Below the pieces are notes generated by a model. That model saw only the letters and a list, made by a program, of their open reading frames with translations, was not told the origin of the DNA and did not search any database. A stretch of DNA of 20,000 nt, from positions 131,485 to 151,484 of the forward strand of contig PS015217.1 in assembly GCA_048213135.1 (NCBI GenBank). The letters are read 5' to 3'. This document shows positions 1 through 10,172 of this stretch, one piece after another. Position numbers and translations under genes: made by a program. Numbering within the stretch: position 1 is the first letter of the stretch; each line of letters begins with the position of its first letter. The stretch comes from Reclinomonas americana ATCC 50394. Taxonomy: Eukaryota.

Positions 1-62
1 GAGTTGCGTGCATCACGAAAACGCTGTCTTGTACCCACCGTGTGGCTGACAAGAATGAGCAG

Positions 63-3000
63 ACAACGTGATACCGTCGGCACCGACGTTGTCGACCAGC
101 TTGTACACTCCACCGCTCGCCGTGAATGGCATCATTGGAGCGCTGTCATCGAGCGATCCCAACACTGGCCAGACACTTGTGTTCTCCGTCGCGGGTGGCG
201 CGAATCAGGCGTCTTTTGTCATTACCGGCTCGAATCTGTGCTCGAATGTGGCGGGGTTGACCGGCAATGGTCTGCAGGTGTCGGTAAGCGTCAGCGACGG
301 TGCAGGTGGAGTCGCCAGTTCCATGTTCACCATTAGTGAGGGTGAGTCTCATGGCAGGCTATTGCTCGAGAGCGCCGTTGCGCTCATCTCTGGTGTGTGT
401 TTGTGTGCAGTGAACGTGCTGCCGACAGCTCCTGTTCTGTCGAGCAACCTGTTTGTGCCACCACTGCCGCTGAATGGCGTGATTGGCGCGCTATCGTCTG
501 TCGACCCAAACACGGGACAGATGCTGGTGTTCAGCATCACCGGCGGCACCAATGCAGCTCTGTTCAACATCAGCGGCTCGTCGCTACGGAGCAATGTGGT
601 GGGCCTGACGGGCTACAATCTGCAAGTGACGGTGCAAGTGAGTGACGGGGCGGGCGGCACGGTGAGCGCGATGTTCTCCATCAGCGAAGGTATGTACGAT
701 TTTCAGAATGTGGTGATTGGATTGTGCACGACCTCCTAACGCGCGTCCCATGTGCACAGGAAACGTGGCTCCGAGCAGCGTCAGTCTGTCGTCGTTGCTG
801 TACGATCCAACGCAACTGCCTCTCGCACTGGTCGGCACACTCAGCTGTGCCGACGTGAACACGGGGCAGACGTGCTCCTTCACTGTGCTCCCCACTGGCG
901 ACGGTATTCTGTTTCGAGTGACGAACGGCAATCAATTGTTTATCAGCAGCGCTACGGAGACGACCACGCCGCTCAGCGTCAGCATCCAGGCAACGGACAG
1001 CGGCGCCGTGCCACTGTCTTTCACGCAGCTGTTTACCATCAATGCTGGTGAGTCCGGCTCATGGCAGCGTGCTTCTTGTTTTTCCTAAAATACTCATTTT
1101 CTGTCTCTGTCCACCGCAGCCAATCTCCCGCCTACGGGTCTCACGCTCTCGTCGACTGACTATCGCCCGCCGCTGGCCCTGAACTCCGTGGTTGGCACGC
1201 TGTCGGCCACGGATGCCAACTGCTGCCAGACACTGACGTACCGGCTGGTGGGTGGCGCTGATCAGGCCAAGTTTGCGATTGTGGGCAATCAGCTGCGCAG
1301 CAACATGGCTGGTGGACTCACGGGCACAGGGTTGCAAGTGAGTGTGGAGGTGGCGGACGGTGCTGGAGGGACGCAGGTCAGGTCGTTTGTGGTTAACGAA
1401 GGTGCGAGGCGGAGAAGGGGAGATAAGGGAAAGGGGAAGAGGGACAGAGATAGAGAGGGAGAGAGACGGAGGGAAAGAGGAGAGGGGTGAAACGTGAAAT
1501 TACTTTCGTGGTTTCAATCTGTGGATAACTCAAGCAGAGTTAATGAGAGAGAGACAGAGAGTAACAGATAAAGGCAGTGTGAGAGAGAAAGCAGAATGAG
1601 ACATCGAATGAGGCATCGCGGGAAGGAGAGACAGATAGAAGCGTACAGCGTGAGAGAGAACCAAAAATTACCCGGGGAGAGAAACCAGAATGAGACATTG
1701 CCTGAGACAGCGTGGGAATGAGAGATAGAGAGGAGGGAGAGACATATAGATGCGTACAATGTGAGAGAGAAACAGAATGAACCAGAGAGAGTAATAACAG
1801 AATGTGACATTGCACGAGGCAGCAAGGGAAGGAGAGACTGAGAGGAGGGAGAGACAGGTTGACGCGGACAGCGTGTGAGAGAAAAGGAATGAAACCGAGA
1901 GAGAAAACAGAGTGAGACATTAAATGAGACAGCGAGGAAAGGAGGACAGAGGAGGGAGAGACAGATAGTCGCGCACATCTTGTGAGAGAAAAGAAATGAA
2001 ACCGAAAGGGGAATCGGAGTGAGACATTGAAGGAGACAGCGAGGAAAGGAAGACAGAGAGAGAGAGAGAGAGAGAGACAGAGATAGGCAGCGAGAGAGAG
2101 AGATGACAGAATGGGGCATTGTATGAGAAACGCAGCGACAGAGATGAGAGATATAAGATAGCTGCCCGTTTCCGTTGCTCTCTCGTTGTCAACTTCCCTC
2201 TCTAAACATTCTCCTGGCGCTGGTAATGCAGTGAATATCCCCTCCACTCGCATCGTACTCTCTGCCGCGACATATTCGCCGCCAACGGCGGCCGCCAATC
2301 AACTCATCGGCTCGCTTTCCACTGTGGATCTCAACTGCTGTCAATTGTTTTCGTACACGATTGCCGGCGGCGCAGACGCTGCGCTGTTCGACATTATCAA
2401 CGGCAACCAGTTGGTGCTGCGTCTGGCCGGTCAGCGTGGAAGCAACTTGTCGGTCACTATTCAGTCGACAGATAATGCCATGCCTGCGCTCTCGATGCAA
2501 CAATCGTTCAGCGTCAATGAGGGTGAGCTGTCTGGTTGTGGAACTTCGCATTTGATGTACGCTAATTCACCATCATTGCATGCAGTCAATGTGCCACCAA
2601 CTGACATTACACTGTCGTCGAACACATACGCGCCACCGACTGCGATGACTGGCGTCATTGTCGGCACGCTTTTGACGGTGGACGGCAACAGCAACGAGTC
2701 GTTCACGTACTCGGTTGTTGGCGGTGCTGCGGCTTCGTACTTTTCGATTGTCAACAACAATCAGCTGGCTCTCCTGCCGGTGGGACTGGTGGGCAATGGA
2801 TTCCGTGTGATTGTTCGTACTGCGGATCGATTTGGCGTCACGTTTGACAAGATGTTCACCGTGAATGATGGTGCGGAAGGAGGAGAAATGGGAAAGGGAG
2901 AGAGGGAGAGGGAGAGGGGAGAGTGGAGAGTGGAGAGTGGAGAGTGGGAGAGGGGAGAGAGAGGAAGAGGGAGACAGAGTGAGAGAGAGAGGAATGTGCC

Positions 3001-6000
3001 AACGGAAGAAGCTGCAACCTACGGTTTCCGCCTTGTATGATTTTGTCTTCATCCTTTCTTTCTCTTGCTCGCGTTTGTTGATATGGGTTTCGGTGGGTGT
3101 ATTTAGATTGTACTGTCATTCACTTCTCTCTCTCTCATGCGTCTGGCGTTCGAGCGTTGTTTGGTTGTATCGTGCTGTACATTTCCTGTTTTATTACTTG
3201 ATGGTGTTCCTGCTCGTTGATGTGATGTTGGTGGGCGTATCTGTTGCTCTGCTGTCTCACATTCTCGCTCCCTTCCGCTCCCGGGCATTCTTCTCCCTTC
3301 CATGGCCACTTCCGTCATGTGTTGAGCTTTCATCTGTTGTTTGTTCTTGTTGTACGGTTCCAGCTGCTCGCTCTTCTCTCATCAAATGTGCGTTGTATTC
3401 ACCTTCATCCTCGTACAGCCAATGTCCCACCCACCGACATGGCGCTGTCGACCAATGTCTACACGCCCAACTGGCCCCTTCCCAACCTGGTTGTCGGTGT
3501 GCTGTCAGTGACCGACGCCAACATTGCCGACACGTACACCTTTAGTGTCACCGGCGGCGCCGATGCTGCGAGCTTCACGATCAATGGCTCCTCCCTGGTC
3601 ACCCGTGTGGCTCGCGTCACCGGGAACAGGCTTGTTGTTGAAGTTACTGGCACGTGTGCGGCCAGCGGCGATGTTATTATGCGGACATTCACCCTGGATG
3701 AGAGTTTCGTGACTCGACGAGCCAGAGCTTGTTGCAGTAACATGCTCTGCTGACCTCTCTCTCTCTCTCTGTGCTTCCCAACACACAGGGAATGTGTTCC
3801 CCACCGCGGTGCAACTTAGCAACACGTCGTATGTGCCGCCTGGCACGACTGCCTACGTGGTTGTCGGCGCTCTGATGGCTGTGGACGACAACTGTTGTCA
3901 GACATTCACATTTACTGTGGTTGGCGGCATCGATGCCATGCGTTTCTACGTTGGCTCGGATTCGATGCTGTATCTGCGCTACGACACGACGATTGTGTCG
4001 CGACTGCAAGTGCAGCTTCAAGCGAGCGACGGACTGGGTGGACAATGCGTCAGCTCGTTCACCATATCGGAAGGTGCGTTCGAGAGATGGGTGATGGCAC
4101 GTCAGAGATGGTGGAGGGGGGAGAAGAGACGATCCTTTGTTTTCGGCCGCACTCTCACGCTAATTTTCTCCTTCCTTCACAGCCAATGTGCAACCGACGG
4201 ACATTTTGCTCTCATCATCGACGTACGTGCCGCGGATTGCCATCGGCAACATGATCATCGGCACGCTGTCGACGGTGGACGCCAATGTCGGACAGGATCA
4301 TGTGTATGCGGTGGTCGGCGGTGCCGCACAGGCTCAATTTACAGTGACAGCTTCCAACAAGCTGCTCCTTGTGCCGGCCAACGTCACCGGCAATGGACTG
4401 GAGGTGGTGGTGCGCACCACGGATGCTGCGGGTCTTGTGTTTGAGAAGACGCTCCTGATCAACGAAGGTGCGTCTCGATGATCCAAAGCTGTGCTTCCTG
4501 TACGCTAATGATGTGGGTGCATGCAGTCAACGTGCCTCCGTCGAACATCCGGCTGCTTCCCAACGCAACCTATACGCCCCCGACACTGGCATCTAACACG
4601 GTTATCGGTACACTGGCCACGGACGACGACAACACCAACGACACATTCACGTACACGCTGCTGGGTGGACCCTCTGCGTCCCTCTTCCGGATCATTAACG
4701 GCTCGACATTGGCGTTGCGCAACGCGCAGCAACGTGGCGCCCGGTTCACTGTCACAGTGCGCTCGACGGACTCGGGAGGGGCGTTCTTGGACAAAGTCCT
4801 GACTATCACCGATGGTGTGCGGTTTGGCGTTCACTTACTTTTGTGTTTGTGGATGTGTGCTTTGCTGATCGTTATCAATCTGGACAGTGCCTGTCGCGCC
4901 GACGGACATTCTACTGTCGAATGTCGTGTACACGCCGCCTGTTGCCCTGGTGAACACGCTAGTTGGCATCTTGTCGGCAGTGGACGGCAACACCGAGGAC
5001 ACGTTCACGTATGAGATTGTGCCGGGAATGGATGCGGTGAGTGTGGATGGAAGAGAAAGAAAAAAGAAGAAGAGAGGGCGACGATAGAGAGTCGAATTGG
5101 TGCAGAAGTACGAGAAAAAGGAAGAGTAGTCGATCAAGTGACAAGAGTGAGAGAGCAAGACAACCGACGATGTGCGACATATTGGATATGGGGGAAGAAG
5201 AAAGAAGAAGGGAGGGTGACGATAGAGAGTCGAACTGGCTGCAAGACTTCTACAAGAGAGGAAGAGTAGTCGATCAAGTGACAAGGGTGAGAGGGCAAGA
5301 CGCGAGAGAGTGCATATTGGGGAAGAAGAGAGAAGAGGAAGTGTTGCAAACAGGAAGTGTTGGAGCGAGGAAAGAGGACACGAGAGGTGAGTGAGAGATA
5401 GACAGTGAGCGGGAGAGTGACTGACGGGTTGGCGTTGTAAGAGAAGTGAGACAGTATCGGTGTGTTCCACTCATCTCTCTGTTCCACCCGTAGTCGCACT
5501 TTGACGTTATCGACGACCAGCTGGTGATGACGCAAATCGGTGACACCGGGACGCTGCGAGTGAGGATCACGGTCACGGATTCGACCGAGAATACGTTCAC
5601 CAAGCTTTTTGTGATCGGCGAGGGTGTGTCGAAGGAAACCCGACTCGCCAGTTCATCTTGCGTTATTCTCAATCCTGCACAGCGCATTTGATGCCCACGG
5701 CACTGACGATGAATCGCACCACTTTCCCACTGGGTCTCGCACTCGGCGGCACCATTGTCACCCTGCACACCGCCCATCCGAATTGCTGTGTCAGTCTGGT
5801 ATATTCGATTGTCGGAGGCGCGGATGTGGTTCGTGTTTTCGTGCATATTCTTCTTCGTTGGTCTTCGGATATTGCTCTCTTGCTCACTTCATGTGTGCTT
5901 GCAGGCCAAGTTCCGCATCCAAGGAGACAAGCTGGTGTCAGATGTGTCTCCGCTCGTTGGCATAAATCTGGAGGTGGTGATACAGACCGACGACCAGCAG

Positions 6001-6822
6001 GGTGGCGTGCTGCAGAAGACGTTTTTGATTTCCGAAGGTGATTTTGCATACCGCTTTGTGCGCTCCTCTGCAACTCATGGCACTCACCGGACATGTGGAT
6101 GCTTTCCTATTACAGAGGCCGTCGCACCCAGTGCGCTTTCCCTCTCGGCCACCACCTACGTGCCACGCACGCTGACACCCAACTATGTAGTTGGCACGCT
6201 GACGACCACCGATGCCAACTGCTGCGATTCGTTCACATATTCGATTCGGGGAGGCGGTCAGGCGGCCCTGTTCAACATTGCTGGCAACAAGCTGCGCTTC
6301 ACAAAGGAGAACATTGGCGGGCAGCCGCTGGAGGTGACGGTGCGCACGACGGATTCGGGCGGCTTGTGGTTGGAGGAGACCTTTTCCATCATGGAGGGTG
6401 AGTGCGATGCAACAAATGCTTGTCGATGCCACTTCTGCCGCTCATCAATGGCTGTCATGACAGCGAACGCGGTGCCGGTGGGCGTAGTGATTGAGCCACT
6501 GCTGTTCAAGGGGCCGGCGTCGCGGAATGGACTGGTGGGGCGTCTTCGTGCGCTGGATGCCAACTGCTGTCAGTCGCACACATTTACGCTGGTTGGCGGC
6601 GCTGCTCAGGTTCTTCATTGCCCTCTGCTGCTGTTTGCTTGTTCGTTTGTGATGATAAAGATCGCTGACCTTTGGCATGCGTGTTACAGGACAAATTCTA
6701 CATTGCTACCACGGAGCTGAGGGTGAATGTGGATCGATTGTCGGGCAGTGGGATGGAGGTGGTGATCTTGGTGGATGACGGGCAGGGTGGTCGAGTGAAC
6801 AGCACGCTGGTGATTGGAGAAG
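63..6822 (+). CDS. Gene 1 ectodomain: 14 tandem cadherin-like repeats (93-97 aa each)
   Basis: Recurrent motif NxxPTxxxLS..Y.PP....VGTLS..DxN...FTY.I.GGA.A..F.I.G..L.....L.V.V...D.GG......FTI.E. Each repeat spans 279-291 nt and is bounded by phase-1 introns. Confidence 0.88.
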
Positions 6823-7159
6823 GTGAGGAGAGGGAGGAGGAGAGGAAAGGGAGAAGGAGAGGGAGAGAAAGGAATGAAAGAGGGAGATGGGAGGGAGGGA
6901 GGGAGAGGAGAGGGAGGGAAAGGAGAGGGGAGAGGAGAGAGAGGGAGAAGGAGGGAAAGGGATGAAAGAGGGAGAGAGAGGAGAGGGAGGGCAAGGAGAG
7001 GGGAGAGGGGAGGGTGGGAATTGGAGAGGGAGAGAGAAGAGAGGGAGGGCACAGGAGAGGGAGAGGAGGCAAAATGCATGAGAATTGTGGAGGGGGAAGA
7101 CGAGGAGAGAGTGAGCGATCGGCGATGCAGGTGCTGATGCTCGTGTCAAAGTAGGATGA

Positions 7160-7194
<35 letters not shown>

Positions 7195-9343
7195 CAGCAG
7201 GAGGAGATGAGAACAACAAAGTGCGCAGCAGATAGAAGTTTGTCGCGGAAAGCAAGAGTTTGTTGATGTGTATCCGCTGTCTATGTTGAGGGATAGGTTA
7301 CCTGATTCCTCCTTGTGATGGAGATTGCGTCGACGTGCTTGGACGTGCCACTCACCCGCCACACACAGAGCCACCGCCGCCTCCGCCTCCTCCATCCGTC
7401 TCCCTCGCCCCCGGTGTGGCAACAAGTATTCCCTCCGGCACCACAACGCTGGCCACCAGCGTGGTGTATGCCAACTCGGGCAACTCAGTCAACTGGCTTT
7501 CCTCTGCCGTGATGACAACGAAAGTCAATGTGGAGCTGTGGGTGCTTGTGAATGGTGCGTTTGCTCGCTACTTGACATCGTGGATCAGAATAACTTCTGA
7601 TCCTTTCGCGTCACAGGCACCTTTGTAAAGGAAACCGAGTTGGCCAGTGGCGTGGACAGCACATTGTCGACGGCGGAGCTTGATGCGTCGTTAAAGACGG
7701 TGAAGGGTCTGGTGTCGTCGAGTGCCACGTTTAGGGTGGTGGTGACGGAGGCGTCGGCGAATGGCACGGTGGTGGGGTTGACGGATCCGTTTATGCTGAA
7801 ATGTTGAGGAGGGGGGAAGGGGAACGGGAAGGGGAAAAGAGAAGGAGGAAGGAGAAGGGGAGAAGAGGGATAGAAAGAAAGTGGAGAATGAGGCGGAAAC
7901 TTGTGGACGAGAATGCCGGTTTACAAAAGATAGGGAGAGTAAGTGCAGAGTTGTAGTGGCATTAAGATCAGGAAAGAGAAGAGAGAGGGCGGGGGGAGGA
8001 GGACGAAGAGAGACAGAGACACAGAGAGAGACAGGAAGTAAGAGAGTGAGAAAGGAGTTTAGTGGCAGAGGAGAGAGGACGAAGAGAGACAGAGACAGAG
8101 AGAGACATGAAGTAAGAGAGTGAGAATGGAGTCTAGTGGCAGAGGGGAGAGAGAAATGAGAGAGAATAGATGAGCGAAAGCACAGAGAATCGAGAGAGAG
8201 CTTAAACAGGGTCTCGAAAGCTGAGAAATAGAGGGTCATCACAGACGGTTGTGCGGGGACTAAAGGTGAGGAAAGATAAAGACAGAGAAAGAGACTTGGC
8301 AGGGATCCAATGTACAGAACAAGAAACGGAGAATTTATTGGGGAATGGAGCGAGATTGTGCGGAACGTGAGTGGAGCAGGAGAGCGCGAGAAGCATAGTT
8401 GCTCAATGGGAAGAGAAAGGCATCGAGCGAGTGACTGCGCACTCACTGCTTTCCTTCACCGTTGCAGATCCGAGCATTGCAAGTCGTGCATCGGCCACAC
8501 AGACGGAACCAGCGTCGGTCAGTGACCCGCTGTTTGTCACATGGATTTGTGACGGACCGCCCAAGGCCACCAACTTTACCATTAGCGTGAGTCTTGCATG
8601 GCCATCCGATAGAATAGCGTCAGTCGTCCCTCACCGCAAGATACAGTTGCAACAACGGTCCAACTCTGGTGGCTCGCTCGTGTCACTTGGGCGTGTGGCG
8701 ACTCATGTGCTCGGCGCTTGTACTGCTGGTGCCAGCTCCACGGTCTCGACATCGCGTGATGCAATCAGCGGCACAGCCGCCGAGCTGGCTCGTGCGTTGA
8801 ACGGCACCAACACGGCTGCGCTGACGCTGTCCTCGAGTGCCAGTGGGCTGAGACTGCAGAGTGGTACGGACTACGTGTTCGAGGTGACGCCAGAGGTCGA
8901 CGATGTGTCGTTGTATGACATCTCGCCGACGTCGGCGTTTCGAGTGTTTGGTGAGTGGCGGAAGGGGGGCAGGGTGTGGTGGAGATGATCGGTGNNNNNN
9001 NNNNNNNNNNNNNNNNNNNNNNNNNNNNNNNNNNNNNNNNNNNNNNNNNNNNNNNNNNNNNNNNNNNNNNNNNNNNNNNNNNNNNNNNNNNNNNNNNNNN
9101 NNNNNNNNNNNNNNNNNNNNNNNNNNNNNNNNNNNNNNNNNNNNNNNNNNNNNNNNNNNNNNNNNNNNNNNNNNNNNNNNNNNNNNNNNNNNNNNNNNNN
9201 NNNNNNNNNNNNNNNNNNNNNNNNNNNNNNNNNNNNNNNNNNNNNNNNNNNNNNNNNNNNNNNNNNNNNNNNNNNNNNNNNNNNNNNNNNNNNNNNNNNN
9301 NNNNNNNNNNNNNNNNNNNNNNNNNNNNNNNNNNNNNAGAGAG

Positions 9344-9417
<74 letters not shown>

Positions 9418-10141
9418 ATGTGAGAGAGAGAGATGTGGTGTTTGGCGAGAGAAGGAGTGGAGGCAGAGATGGAAGTTAATGAGCAAGTGCACCTCGTTTG
9501 TGAGGAGATCCCGCGAGTGTTTGTGGACGTGCAAGACCTGAGTAGTGCAGCAGTCGTCTGAGTGTTAATTTTGTGGCATTCGGATCATGCTTGCAAGTGA
9601 CCTGTCATTTTACTTGTTGTAGTTTTCATGTCTGGCTTGCTTGCACCACAGATCCCACCTCCGTGTTCGCGACTTCCACGTGCCCATCCTCCATTCGATG
9701 CTGGTACTGGATTGCGCTGATGGCCGCAGGTGGCACTCTGCTGTGCATGATCACCACCTGCTGCTTCATGTTTGCCTGCTACCGCCGCCGGCAACGGCGT
9801 CGTGTCGGGGGTGCAAAACTCGGTCCGGGTGCCGGCTGGCTGCTGGATCGTGATGTGAGTTTTGTGCAGTTTGTCGTGTCGCCCAGTCTGTGGTGTGCTC
9901 GACGTGCTGGTCAAAAGGCGGATGCAAAGGCAATCACCACGCTGACGATGATTGATTTGCCGGGAACACGTTGCGCGCGAATCCGTGCTGTGCAGCTCAG
10001 CCTGCGTTTCGCTCACCTGCAATATTCACAGCCATCAATGCCGCCACTGCGCCGCTACCTCGTTGCGTCTCCTTCCAATTGACACTGCTTTCTGCATCTC
10101 TGAGATTTCGTCCAGAACTCCCTTGACATCATGTGAGATGA

Positions 10142-10172
<31 letters not shown>

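Noticed and set aside
1514-8446. Long L/S/P-rich or R/E/G-rich ORFs (e.g. 1540-2298, 6706-7446, 7691-8446, 6814-7137)
   Set aside because: They are translations of GA/TC low-complexity intron sequence.
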